From a virus (Duplodnaviria; Caudoviricetes): DNA of 64,000 nucleotides. A program made the translations under genes and the position numbers. This document shows positions 8,624 through 19,300 of the stretch, one piece after another. The DNA lies in IMG/VR virus record IMGVR_UViG_2724679363_000011, positions 1 to 64,000 of that record. One strand, 5' to 3'. Position 1 is the stretch's first letter, and the number at the start of each line of letters is the position of its first letter. Under the pieces are notes generated by a model. That model was given only the letters and a program-made list of their open reading frames with translations. It did not search any database and was not told where the DNA came from.

Positions 8624-9973
8624 ATGTCACGCATCTGCGTAAACGTGCTGTCGGTCATCAACTCCGCTTCAAACATCACCTCAGAAATCATTGATGGCGT
8701 TGAGCACATCGTTGTGAAGGACGTCTGTCCGGTTATCGACGATATCGTGCTCAATGGCGGACTGTACCCGGCAGACGAGATTTCCAAAGGCTACCAGAGC
8801 CTTGAAGGTAAACCCATGCCGTATGGGCACCCGAAAATTGAGGGCCAATACGTCAGCGCGAGTAACGTGCGGGCTGTGAACGAATATCACATCGGTGCTT
8901 TTGCTCGCAACGTTCGTAAAGACGGCGATCGCGTACTGATGGATATGTGCGTTAACCGCCGTTATGCCGAAGCTACGGATAAGGGTAAAGAGGTCGTTAA
9001 CCGACTAGACGACATGAAAGCGGGAAAAGAGGTTGAGCCAGTCGGCGTATCAACCGGGCTGAATCTGAATCGTTCTGCAGGAAAGGGAGTATCGAAGGGT
9101 AAAAAATACAACTGGATTGCCCGTAACCATGCCTATGACCACTGCGCAATTCTATTGCATGAGACGCCAGCCGGAACGCCGCGGGAGGGGGTGGGGATTT
9201 TTGTTAATGCTGCCGGTGAAGAACTTCAGATTGAAACGGTGAGCCTGGCTGATTCTACCGATTGCACCCGCGAAGGATGGTTTAACAAGGTTCTGTTTCA
9301 CTTCAGTACTAACTCGCAACTGTCCCACAGTGAAATCTATGAAGCTATTAGCAATGTGCTGAATGCTGGCCGTGAATTCGATATTCGTCGCTGGATTGAG
9401 TCAATTTATCCCAATTATTTTATCTACGAAGACGGTCCCAAGAAGTTTAAACAATCCTACCTAATCGATGAGTCGCAGACAGCGCAACTCGTTGGCGAAC
9501 CAACCGAAGTCATTAAAAAAGTCGAGTACGACGAAGTTAAAACCAACGGAGAATTAAATCCAATGAAAGACATGATTACCAATGCGCTGAAAGCTGCTGG
9601 AAAGCCGACTGACGGCAAAACTGAGGCCGAGCTGCTGGATGCCTACAACCAACTGATGGCTAAACCTGCTGACACCACTGTCAACACTGATGCCATTACT
9701 GCCGCAGTAAATGCAGCAGTAAAGCCCTTGAGCGACGAGCTTTCCGGGTTAAAAACTCAGTTAGCAGCCAATGCTGATAAAGAACTGGCGACCAAGCGAG
9801 CAGCAGTGAAGGCTAAATTCAAGCTTGAAGATGCTGCAGTTAATACGCTAGCGGGTGAAGCGCTGGATGGTTTATTTGCTCAAACACAATCAACTATTGG
9901 GCTAAATGGTGCGTTTAACCACGGTGACGCACAGGACGATATGGCTGATTACATTCCGGGGAAGGTGGCGTAA
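8624..9973 (+). CDS. Prohead protease/scaffold (DUF2213-like)
   Basis: GHP, VSTG and DHCAIL motifs; Ala/Lys-rich helical C-terminus with a probable internal start at 9563. Confidence 0.78.
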   Translation: MSRICVNVLSVINSASNITSEIIDGVEHIVVKDVCPVIDDIVLNGGLYPADEISKGYQSLEGKPMPYGHPKIEGQYVSASNVRAVNEYHIGAFARNVRKDGDRVLMDMCVNRRYAEATDKGKEVVNRLDDMKAGKEVEPVGVSTGLNLNRSAGKGVSKGKKYNWIARNHAYDHCAILLHETPAGTPREGVGIFVNAAGEELQIETVSLADSTDCTREGWFNKVLFHFSTNSQLSHSEIYEAISNVLNAGREFDIRRWIESIYPNYFIYEDGPKKFKQSYLIDESQTAQLVGEPTEVIKKVEYDEVKTNGELNPMKDMITNALKAAGKPTDGKTEAELLDAYNQLMAKPADTTVNTDAITAAVNAAVKPLSDELSGLKTQLAANADKELATKRAAVKAKFKLEDAAVNTLAGEALDGLFAQTQSTIGLNGAFNHGDAQDDMADYIPGKVA

Positions 9974-10402
9974 ATGGCTCGATATAACCGCATTAACATT
10001 GATGGCGCGGCAGAAACAGAAAACCGCCAAATGAAGGTTGCAGTATTGCCGGGCAGCCTGGCTTTTATCGGTTCAGATGACAAGTTCGACAAGTTTGTCA
10101 CTACTGGCGCGGGTGAGGGTGTCCAGCTTTATGCTATCGGCGTTGATTATCTGCAAGGTAAGCGAGTGACCGAAACTGTAGCGATTGGTGATATTGGAGT
10201 GGGCAACTATTTCGAGACTGGCCGATCGTTTGCAATGCTGGTGAAAGCAGCAGCCGCTCTGAATGTCGATACTCCTTTATCTGTTGACGCCACTGGCGTT
10301 CTGCGTATCGGCGTAGTGGGTACCGATCACATTGTAGCTTACTCGAAAGAGAAGTTTACCGTTGGCGCTTCCGCTGAACTCGTCATCGTTCGCGCTGCTT
10401 AA
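9974..10402 (+). CDS. Capsid decoration/cement protein
   Basis: 142-aa beta-rich ORF between scaffold and major capsid gene. Confidence 0.65.
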   Translation: MARYNRINIDGAAETENRQMKVAVLPGSLAFIGSDDKFDKFVTTGAGEGVQLYAIGVDYLQGKRVTETVAIGDIGVGNYFETGRSFAMLVKAAAALNVDTPLSVDATGVLRIGVVGTDHIVAYSKEKFTVGASAELVIVRAA

Positions 10403-10412
10403 GGAGATATGA

Positions 10413-11495
10413 ATGTTAGTTTTTAACCACGCAGATGGGCATTTCAACAATGCCGCATATATGGCGCAGTACCGAGCGCTGCAAGAAGAACGCCGCATTG
10501 CTGCAAACGCACAGGCCAACATTACTGAAGGTCTGATCCAAGGCGGCATGCAGAACAGCGAAGCTTACGTTAAAAATGCCGCGGGCATTCTGACGCGTGA
10601 CTTCTGGCAGGAAGTGGATAACCAAATCATCCAGATCCGCGACAATGACCAGGGCCGCGAGTTCTTAACTGACCTGCAATCAATCGGAACGCCGATTAAC
10701 CCTGGCAAAACTGCGAAACTGTACACCGTTGGTCAGGATATCTCTGATGAAGTAACCATCTCTATGGATGCCCAGCCGCCTGTGTACAAAGACCATATCG
10801 ATTTTGACACTGATGGCGATCCGGTTCCTGCCTTTACTGCTGGTTTCGGTGTGAACTGGCGTCACTGGACTGGACTCAAGTCTGAAAACATCGATTTAGT
10901 TGTTGAGTCTCAGGCGCGCAAGATGGTGAAGGTATTCAGTCATATTGCCGACTATATGCTGGATGGCTCTTCACGTGCCAAGGCTGGCGGCTATGTTGGT
11001 CAGGGTATTCGTAACCACCGTAACACCAAGAAAATCGATTTAGGTGCTTCAGGTGCCAACATCAATCTGGTTACCGCAACTAATGACCAGATCATTGCGT
11101 TCTTTAATCAGGACTTCGCAAAAATTCTGGATGACAACTACATCGATGCTGTTGATGTGTTGTGGATTTCCCCAGAGATTCGCCGCCGTCTGGATGCGCC
11201 ATTATCTCAATCTGGTAACTATAAAGAAGGCACTCTGCGTGAGGAAATTCTACGCTTCTCCCGCATTAAAGCTTTCCGATCCACATTCAAAATGAAGGGT
11301 AACGAATTCTTCGGTTACGTGAAGAATCGCGAATACATCAGCCCGTTGGTTGGTGCACCGGTATCCACTGTTGCAGTGCCGCGTCTGATGCCAAACGCAA
11401 ACTACGACTTCATGATCTGGGCATTGATGGGGATTCAAATCAAGGCCGATGTTAATGGTCGCGGTGGTGTGTTCTACGCAGCCAACCTGAGCTAA
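10413..11495 (+). CDS. Major capsid protein
   Basis: 360 aa, strong SD AAGGAG, synteny. Confidence 0.85.
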   Translation: MLVFNHADGHFNNAAYMAQYRALQEERRIAANAQANITEGLIQGGMQNSEAYVKNAAGILTRDFWQEVDNQIIQIRDNDQGREFLTDLQSIGTPINPGKTAKLYTVGQDISDEVTISMDAQPPVYKDHIDFDTDGDPVPAFTAGFGVNWRHWTGLKSENIDLVVESQARKMVKVFSHIADYMLDGSSRAKAGGYVGQGIRNHRNTKKIDLGASGANINLVTATNDQIIAFFNQDFAKILDDNYIDAVDVLWISPEIRRRLDAPLSQSGNYKEGTLREEILRFSRIKAFRSTFKMKGNEFFGYVKNREYISPLVGAPVSTVAVPRLMPNANYDFMIWALMGIQIKADVNGRGGVFYAANLS

Positions 11496-11505
11496 AGGAG
11501 AAGGA

Positions 11506-11790
11506 ATGAAAAAGTACATTATTACCCGACCGTGGATTGACGGGCAAAAAGAGGGGGATGTGGTTGAACTACAAAAACTACATCCCTCTTTGGTTTCTCA
11601 CGTTCGTTTATTCACTGATAATCGCGAATTTGAGGTTGCCACGCCATCTCCTGAAATTGACGAGTTGAAAGCGGCACTTGTTGCTGCCGAAGCCGCGTTG
11701 AAAGCAAAGGACGATGAACTGGCTAGCGAAACCGATCGGGCAAATACCGCCGAAGCCGCGTTGAAAGCAGCAACTACAAAAGGGAAATAA
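11506..11790 (+). CDS. Small head accessory protein with Ala-rich coiled-coil tail
   Basis: Follows capsid gene; perfect 21-bp repeat GCCGAAGCCGCGTTGAAAGCA at 11686 and 11749. Confidence 0.65.
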   Translation: MKKYIITRPWIDGQKEGDVVELQKLHPSLVSHVRLFTDNREFEVATPSPEIDELKAALVAAEAALKAKDDELASETDRANTAEAALKAATTKGK

Positions 11791-11792
11791 CA

Positions 11793-12173
11793 ATGGCAGC
11801 CCAGATCACTCCCGCAGATGTTAAATCACTTCTGACAGAACTGGGCTATGCCATCCCGGACGTTGTGCTGAATCTGATCATCTGCCAGGTGGATAAAATC
11901 GATACTTGCTTAGACGAGGCAGGCTATGACGATTGTATTCAGCAGCTAATTAAGCTGTATGCGATAGCGCTAATGGCTGCCTCGTCTGGTGCCAGAAAGA
12001 TCAAGTCACAATCAGCGCCATCAGGAGCTTCACGTTCATTTGAATATGGAGAAGCAGGGCTGACTCAGCTTCGTGATTCATTAACGGCTATGGATGTGTC
12101 TGGATGCACTAGCGGGCTTCCAATTACTGTTGGTAATCCTGTTGGGCTATTTATGACGGTAAGGGGAAATTGA
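11793..12173 (+). CDS. Head-tail adaptor
   Basis: IKSQSAPSGASRSFEYG motif; synteny. Confidence 0.72.
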   Translation: MAAQITPADVKSLLTELGYAIPDVVLNLIICQVDKIDTCLDEAGYDDCIQQLIKLYAIALMAASSGARKIKSQSAPSGASRSFEYGEAGLTQLRDSLTAMDVSGCTSGLPITVGNPVGLFMTVRGN

Positions 12174-12265
12174 TGGGAAAGGAAGAGCAGGAAGAAAAAC
12201 CTGATTGTGAGAAATGTCCTGATTACCCCAGTTGCCCAGATCAGTACGAGGATTACCTATCATGA
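12173..12265 (+). CDS. 30-aa acidic Cys-containing microprotein (not in ORF track)
   Basis: MGKEEQEEKPDCEKCPDYPSCPDQYEDYLS; TGATG overlap upstream, ATGA overlap downstream, AAGGGG SD. Confidence 0.65.
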   Translation: MGKEEQEEKPDCEKCPDYPSCPDQYEDYLS

Positions 12266-12612
12266 GTAGTGCCGCAAACTGGAGTTATACGGCAACCGCT
12301 ACGTTATGGAAAAAGAACGGGCCGCCAGATGATTATGGTAAACAGGCTTGGCTGCCTCCCATTCAGATCATGTGTGATTATGGCGGTGATGCGACCGCAA
12401 AGTTGGGTGGACTCGGTTTAGAGTTCGTTATCAAAAACACGCACTGGACTGAGTACGCCAAAGCTGAGCGGGGTGACTACATCCTGATTGGCGATTCGGT
12501 AGCGGCTGACCCGACCAAGGTGGATGGCGCGGATGAGGTGAAGCATATCATTCGTTACGCTGACACATTCGAGCGCATTGCGGACGACTTCGCAATTATC
12601 ACGGGAGTCTGA
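12262..12612 (+). CDS. Head closure protein
   Basis: Synteny; DDYGK motif; ATG with GAGGA SD. Confidence 0.7.
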   Translation: MSSAANWSYTATATLWKKNGPPDDYGKQAWLPPIQIMCDYGGDATAKLGGLGLEFVIKNTHWTEYAKAERGDYILIGDSVAADPTKVDGADEVKHIIRYADTFERIADDFAIITGV

Positions 12613-12613
12613 T

Positions 12614-12982
12614 ATGGGCGCGAAGGTTAAAGGCATCAGGGCGGCAAAGGTCAATCTGGACAGGCTGATAGGCGATATTCAAGGCCGGAAAGCTGTCAGA
12701 GCAATCACCAAGGCGTTAATCATTGGCTCGTCACAAGCCGCGCTCTATACCCCCATCGATACATCAACTCTTATCAATTCTCAGTTTCGTGACATCAACG
12801 TGAATGGCTCTAGGCTGACCGGGCGCGTGGGCTACTCGGCAAATTACGCCATATATGTCCACGACCCGAATGTTAAACAAACGTTCCGCAGGGCAACGGC
12901 TGAGAAAGAGTTTCTCACCAAAGGTTTCGCGGATAGTAAGCAAGCCATTGAAAAGGTAATTATGGAGGAAATGAAACTATGA
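12614..12982 (+). CDS. Tail completion/neck protein (HK97 gp10-like)
   Basis: TPIDTSTLINS...VGYSANYAIYVHD motif. Confidence 0.8.
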   Translation: MGAKVKGIRAAKVNLDRLIGDIQGRKAVRAITKALIIGSSQAALYTPIDTSTLINSQFRDINVNGSRLTGRVGYSANYAIYVHDPNVKQTFRRATAEKEFLTKGFADSKQAIEKVIMEEMKL

Positions 12983-13362
12983 CTCCATCAATGCACAGGC
13001 GCGTCAGGGATTACTTTGTCGAGTCTGGGTTAACTACTAGCTTTACTACTCAAATGCTCAAATGGCGTGACACTGGCAAGTTGACTGAACAATTCATTGT
13101 TTTCCGGCCTAATGGGGGTAGCTCAATTCGCAATGACCTTGGCAGTGAGTTTTATGTCTTGGTTGATGTGATTGGTGCAGTTAACGAGGATGAAGCGGCG
13201 GATAACGCAGCACAGGCAATAATCACGCACGTTCAGGCCAATCCAAATCCGAATGACTGCATTGGCTATATTGAAAACCTCGGCAGTATCCCATCACCCG
13301 TAACAACCAATGAAGGCCGCTTGGTCTACAGACTTCAATTCGCAATTAAATACGGCGACTAA
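12979..13362 (+). CDS. Tail terminator protein
   Basis: Position before tail tube gene; NEGRLVYRLQF C-terminal strand. Confidence 0.7.
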   Translation: MTPSMHRRVRDYFVESGLTTSFTTQMLKWRDTGKLTEQFIVFRPNGGSSIRNDLGSEFYVLVDVIGAVNEDEAADNAAQAIITHVQANPNPNDCIGYIENLGSIPSPVTTNEGRLVYRLQFAIKYGD

Positions 13363-13387
13363 GCCGAACTAACAGAGGTAAAAAAAT

Positions 13388-14137
13388 ATGCAAGGTTGCC
13401 AAAATGATTACGGCAAGCTGGTTGGTCGCGTCGCCGTTTTACGGATGGCCTTTGGCTGTCCTGAAACAGTACCAGAAGTGGCTGATTGGCAACGCATGGG
13501 CGCGTTGACGACAAAGGGCCTCGACTACTCGATGAATACCATTTCTTCCGACGCGGATGACGCAAAGGGGCTGGTAGAGAACCTGGTCACTAACATGGAC
13601 TTGACCATTTCAGGCGAGGGTGAATGGCGTAAACGAGCAAAATCAACTGAAGTTGGCCCGGTTAAAATGTCGAAATACATTTTCGATGAAGTGCAGGCTG
13701 GGCGTCAGCCGGGCTTATGGGTTCGCTTCGATTTTCTTGGTGTGGATGATGGTACTTACATCATGGGCTACTTTAATACCACATCATGGAGTTCAGACTT
13801 CGGTTCATCTGACTTCGCCACTTACTCCGGTGAATGGAAAGTTGCTGATGCCGATTCTGTCACTTTCGTTGATGGCTCGGCGATCCCGGTTGCTAGTGTA
13901 ACTGTAGCTCCGGCAACCAGTACCGGCGCGGTCGCTGCAACGGTTCAACTTACCGCTACTGTCCTGCCTGCGGACGCTACTGATAAAACTGGCGTATGGA
14001 CAAGCTCTGATGCGACCAAAGCAACGGTTAGCTCAACTGGACTGGTTACCCGCGTTGCAGTCGGTACTGCGACAATCACATTCACCACGAATGATGGCGC
14101 TAAAACCGGAACGAGTAATATCACTATCACGGCGTAA
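13388..14137 (+). CDS. Major tail tube protein with C-terminal Ig-like (Big_2) domain
   Basis: VQLTATVLPADATDKTGVWTSSD...TVSSTGLVT Ig motif; synteny. Confidence 0.88.
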   Translation: MQGCQNDYGKLVGRVAVLRMAFGCPETVPEVADWQRMGALTTKGLDYSMNTISSDADDAKGLVENLVTNMDLTISGEGEWRKRAKSTEVGPVKMSKYIFDEVQAGRQPGLWVRFDFLGVDDGTYIMGYFNTTSWSSDFGSSDFATYSGEWKVADADSVTFVDGSAIPVASVTVAPATSTGAVAATVQLTATVLPADATDKTGVWTSSDATKATVSSTGLVTRVAVGTATITFTTNDGAKTGTSNITITA

Positions 14138-14261
14138 TTATCACAAAGAGCATCTTACTGGTGCTCTTGATGATGGCTATTAGGTGTGATGATCAAATGA
14201 TCAGTAACAATCATTAATTTTTGCATGGTAAATTTAGAAAAACGATATATGGATTTCTATC

Positions 14262-14618
14262 ATGCAAGATGAAGAAAGTCGGCAAGCTGAGCTACGGATC
14301 AGATTTCAGAGAAGGCTTGAAAAAGTAACCGCAGAACTTTTATCTGAGTTTCTCTATAAGCGAGGAGTCCCTGTTGTAAAGTGTTTGCTATGCAGTAGCG
14401 AAGATATTGTTATACCTCAAACTCAGTTATTGCAGAGTGGGCCTGATGGTAGGTCCTCGGCTACATACGTCGACTTCATAAAAGTTGATGCAGGCGGCCC
14501 ACCTCTATCGCTAATGCATTACCAATACCGTTTAATTTGTAAGAATTGTGGTTTCACTAGCCACTTGGCTGTTTGGCCCGTATTGCAATGGCTTGAGGGT
14601 GAAAAAAGTGAACAATGA
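14262..14618 (+). CDS. Moron: putative Zn-ribbon protein
   Basis: CLLC and CKNCG pairs; lower GC; upstream extended -10 TGGTAAAT. Confidence 0.7.
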   Translation: MQDEESRQAELRIRFQRRLEKVTAELLSEFLYKRGVPVVKCLLCSSEDIVIPQTQLLQSGPDGRSSATYVDFIKVDAGGPPLSLMHYQYRLICKNCGFTSHLAVWPVLQWLEGEKSEQ

Positions 14619-14898
14619 TTACAAGGATGACTTTTTGAATGTCGTTGCCTTACCAAGATATGGTGGCGGTGGATCTGGAGGTGATATGAGAGAGAGGGTT
14701 GCACGCCTTGAGGCGATTGATGAAAGAAATACACAGACCTTTAGTGAAATAAAGTCTGAACTTAAAAGCCTAAATCAAAATGTAGGCGGCATTGAAAGGC
14801 GTATTATCGATAAAATGGACGAAAACCAGAAATGGCTGGTCGGGCTATTAGTTTCATCTATCCTGGTTCCTTTGTTGATAGCTTTGGTGACAAAGTAA
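14608..14898 (+). CDS. Moron: coiled-coil protein with C-terminal TM helix (alternative start 14686)
   Basis: GGGGSGGD-MRERVARLE coiled coil, WLVGLLVSSILVPLLIALV TM; GGAGGT SD before ATG 14686. Confidence 0.7.
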   Translation: MNNDYKDDFLNVVALPRYGGGGSGGDMRERVARLEAIDERNTQTFSEIKSELKSLNQNVGGIERRIIDKMDENQKWLVGLLVSSILVPLLIALVTK

Positions 14899-14916
14899 TT
14901 ATCAGTTATAAATTAG

Positions 14917-14936
14917 ACCCGCTCCGGCGGGTTTTT
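14917..14936 (+). terminator. Intrinsic terminator after moron pair
   Basis: ACCCGC-TCCG-GCGGGT plus T tract. Confidence 0.8.
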
Positions 14937-15018
14937 GCATTCTAGCCCCACCATTTTGCGTTGCCTTGCACCATCCCCCTGCTATCATGTAACGAACTGT
15001 TATGGATGGGGTAGGGAT

Positions 15019-15552
15019 GTGAATAGAGCATTGGTAGTAGTAACTATAATTGTCTTTTTTGTGGCATGTTACTTTGCTATTCGAGAGCCAATATCTTTAT
15101 TGTGGATTATCCCACTAAGTTTACTTTGCTTATCTGGGCTAGAGAAAATTGGAGTGTCCATTTCATGCGTGGGCGTCATATTGGTCTGCGTATTTAGTAT
15201 TTTATGGGTTAACTCAGTTACACCGATCTTCGGTGAGGAATATGATGCTGCAAAAGAAAATAAAGAATTAATAGATAGAGCAAAAAAGTATGAACAAAAG
15301 AAAGAAAACGAAAGGGTACTAAGCGTATATAATTCTCAGAATACTGTTAAATCACAACTTAAAGATTCATCATCAGCAAAATTTTCTGATGATAGAATTG
15401 GAAAGGACAGATCTGTTTGTGGGTTAGTTAACGCTAAGAATAGCCTAGGGGCTTTTGCTGGGAATAAGCGGTATGTTTCTATTGATGGGGTGGCATTTAT
15501 AGATGATAGTTCTTCATCATTTAATGCTAAATGGGCGGAACTCTGCCAATAA
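15019..15552 (+). CDS. Moron: membrane-anchored protein with soluble C-terminal domain
   Basis: Three hydrophobic segments then LKDSSSAKF...VCGLVNAKNSLGAFAG; AT-rich; own terminator at ~15581-15603. Confidence 0.72.
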   Translation: MNRALVVVTIIVFFVACYFAIREPISLLWIIPLSLLCLSGLEKIGVSISCVGVILVCVFSILWVNSVTPIFGEEYDAAKENKELIDRAKKYEQKKENERVLSVYNSQNTVKSQLKDSSSAKFSDDRIGKDRSVCGLVNAKNSLGAFAGNKRYVSIDGVAFIDDSSSSFNAKWAELCQ

Positions 15553-15627
15553 GCGCATGTTGTTGAAACGTACTTTATAAGCCTCGCTAATGCGGGGTTT
15601 TTTATTGCCTAAATCTCGAGATTAACT

Positions 15628-16320
15628 ATGACACCGATGCTTGATATTGGCGAAATGCTCCTGTCTGACACAGAGCGGCGGCAGGATTATTTCTTCCGTC
15701 CATCATTAAAGAACATGACAAAAATAGGTGCAGCGACTGAGATTGTCGAAACATACGCAGTGTTGAACGGTTCTGAATTAAATCAGGTTTTGACTCCGGC
15801 AATAAATGCCAACCTGCCAGCATCGTTAATACCACGTAAGGCTATCAAGCAATGCTCTGATCACATTCTTTCTGCCGCTATAAGGGTTATCGAGGCTTGC
15901 TGTGATAGGCCAGTAACGGAGCTTATAGGTGAGTTTAAAGGGTGGCGAAATTGCATTGTTTATCGCCCAGGTAAAGTATCAAAAGAAGTCGTTATTACTA
16001 TTGCTAGAGAATTAATTGAACACGGAGTTATCGGTAAAGCAAAAGTAAGGAAGCTGCAAAAAAATGAAGGAAAGAACGAATACAGTTCCGAATTTAACGC
16101 AATGGATTACATCAACTCGGCAAGAATTCATTTCAATATGACCCGCGACGAAGCCGAACAGTTAACAATGACCGAGTTTCAGTTGCTGCTCAAGGCTAAA
16201 TACCCAGAAGATAAAGGATTCACCCGCGAAGAATACGATGAAATCATGGATGCAGATGATCGCATCCAGGAACGTTTAATTGCTCAAGAAAAGGCGAGGT
16301 TACCGAAAAATGGCGGGTGA
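15628..16320 (+). CDS. Tail assembly chaperone (DUF6246-like)
   Basis: Directly before tape measure; YFFRPS and LTMTEFQLLLKAKYP motifs. Confidence 0.75.
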   Translation: MTPMLDIGEMLLSDTERRQDYFFRPSLKNMTKIGAATEIVETYAVLNGSELNQVLTPAINANLPASLIPRKAIKQCSDHILSAAIRVIEACCDRPVTELIGEFKGWRNCIVYRPGKVSKEVVITIARELIEHGVIGKAKVRKLQKNEGKNEYSSEFNAMDYINSARIHFNMTRDEAEQLTMTEFQLLLKAKYPEDKGFTREEYDEIMDADDRIQERLIAQEKARLPKNGG

Positions 16321-19300
16321 ACAACAGCTAGGGAATATTGTTTATCAGGTAGAGATGGAACTTGGCAAGCTGATTACATCTCAGCAGCAAGTAAATAGCC
16401 GCCTTGATCAGATGGAGGGGAAGTTCGACTCCACTACTAAATCTGTTGATCGCGCTGAAAAGTCCATGTTTTCATTAAGCAAGGTTGCAGGAGCATTAAC
16501 CACTGCTTTATCAGTCCAGCAAGTCGCATCCTATGCAGAGGCATGGACTGTACTTAATAACAAATTAGTGAACTCCATTAAAACAGGCGAAACACTGGCT
16601 GATGTAAACCAGCGGGTATTCGATATTGCGCAGGAAAGCCGCTCTAGCCTTGATGGGATAGCAACTTTATATTCACGTATGGAAAGGGCTATGCGTGATG
16701 CCGGAGTTAGCGGCAAAGAACTGGGACAAATAACCACCACTATCTCTAAAGCAATGACTATCTCTGGAGCAACAGCCGCCGAGTCAGAGGGCGCATTGGT
16801 TCAGCTATCGCAGGCATTAGCTTCTGGTGTTTTACGTGGGCAAGAATTCAACTCAATGAGTGAGCAAGCCCCGGCATTAATGAAGGGATTATCGGATTCT
16901 CTCGGTGTCAGTATTGGGCAATTACGCGCAATGGCGGCTGAAGGCAAGTTAACTACCGATGTATTACTTAAAGCCTTCCGCGACATGGCCCCAACTGTCG
17001 AGAAAGAATTCGCTAATACGATGATGACAATGAGTCAGTCTATGACTATTGCAAGCAACAACATTACTCAGTTCGTAGGTAGTTCAACTACCGTTAAATC
17101 ATCCGTCTCTGCATTCAATGGAGTAGTTGTTAGTCTGAGTGAAAATTTAGACGCCATGTCATTAATTATCGGGATTGTTGCAACGGTGGTTGGGTCTCGC
17201 TACGTCGGAGCGCTAACATTAGCATCAGCGGCTCAGGTGCAAAAAGCATCTTCAGCGCGTCAAGCAGCATTGGCTGACAACCTTTCAGCGCAGGCCGCAG
17301 CCAATCAGTCAGCAGCTAACCTTATTGCGGCTCAGTCAGCGAAAGCCAGAGCAATTGAGGAGATAACACTCGCGCAGATGCAAAAGGCGAGTGCATTCAA
17401 CGCTACAAACTCGACAGCAGCAGAAGTAAGGTTATCGGCTGCTCGCCTTGAGGCAGCAACTGCTACTGGTAACTATAATCGGGCGCTTGCTGCTAATGTC
17501 TTGGCTCAAAAACAAGCGGCAGCAGCAGCCTCTGCGGCATCTATATCTGGTGGCTTGTTGCGTGGTGCTTTGTCGTTAGTCGGTGGTCCTGTCGGAGCGG
17601 CTACATTAGCGGCCGGGGCAATATTCTATTTCTACCAAAAAGCACAGGAAGCCAAGAAAGAGGCTAATGAACTTGCTGACGGAGTATCTGCTTTAGTCGG
17701 AAAAATGAAAGAGATGAGTAACGTTCAGCTTGGTGCTGAAATAGCAAAACTCAATTCATCAATGCCAATATTAAATAAATCATTGGCAGAGGCCCAAGAA
17801 GCCTATGACAACGCTGCTTATAGCGTCAGTAATTACACTAAAGTAATAAAAGATTACGGGTTAAATACAACAACGGGACGACAAGCTGCTGAAGCATTAA
17901 CTAGTGCTCAAGATAGGCTTGCGATTGCAGCTAATGAACTTTCAATTTCACAAAATAGAGTAGATAAAACACAAAGTGCTGTAAATATTGGGCATGCAAC
18001 ATTAAACGGAACCTTGCTTCAAGGCATTGATCTCTTAAAGAGAGATGGACAGGAGGCTGGCGTTGTCGCTGGCATGATGAATAAGCTAGGCCAAGCAATT
18101 AACGTCGCAAGCGGGGCCAAAGAGAGATTTAACTCAACTAGCCTATCTATTCAACGAGACCCAAAAGCACAGAAAGTTTTAGATGACCTGTATCAGCAAA
18201 ATGAATTACTTGCTGAAACAGACTTACGTAAGCGCGCCCAACTCAAAACAGAGCAAGAACTTCGAGCCATTAATGCTGATGATAATACTATCAGAATTGG
18301 CCGCGAACAGGCTGGAGTTGCCTATGATAAGCAAGCTGCACAGGCTGCGCTGAAAAAGGAAACGGCTGCTGCCACAAAGGAAGAAACCGCCGCCGAAGCA
18401 GCAGAGAAACGCCGGGTTAAATCATTGCAAGATTTAAGCAATGAAATGGCAGTTGCTGAATTGCAGGCTAAGGGGTTAAGCAAGGAAGCGGCTCAGTTAG
18501 CAGCAGTGCAAGAGTTGGGTGCTGGCGCATCACCGAAACAAGTTGAGGCAGCAAGAAAACAAGCAGGACAAATCTTTGAAATAGAGCGGCAGAAGAAAGA
18601 CAGGAGTGCCGCTCTTGCACTAGAAACCAACACTAACCTTACTAGAATTCGCGATGAGGACTTAGCTCAAGCCAAGCGCCAGTTAGACCTTAAGCTGATA
18701 GACGAGAATATGTATCAGCAGAGGCGGCTAGAGATTAATGGCGCTTACGCGAGCAAGATAGCAGAGGTAAACGCTAAATCAGTAGTAACACCACAGCAGG
18801 AAAATTTAGCCAAAATTGATCCTATTCAAGCACTGGCGAATGAGCATGCCCAGAAGTTGGCGCTAATTCAACAATTTGAAACGCAAAAGGGAGTGATAAC
18901 AGCTAACGGATTGGCGTTAATGAATGCCGCCAACACCCAATACGAACAAGCTCGTCTGGATGCTCAATGGGAAATCTGGAGGAACCAAAGCCAATCTAAC
19001 CAATATTTAGCCAGCTCCGTCGATGCTTTAGGCCAGCGCACAACCAATATGCTGACCGGGCTACTGACTGGTACTCAGTCAGCAGAAGAGGCTATGAAGA
19101 ACCTTGCTGCAACAATAATTCAAGAGGGCGTTAGTGCATTAGTCCAAATGGGGATGCAGCAGGTCAAAAACATGGCTATGGGACAAGTTGCTAACACTAC
19201 CGCTGTGACAAGTGCGGCAGCAACAGGTGCCAGTATAACCGCATCAATGGCCCCAGCGGCGGCAGCTACAAGCGTGGCGACAATGGGAACGGCTGCAACC

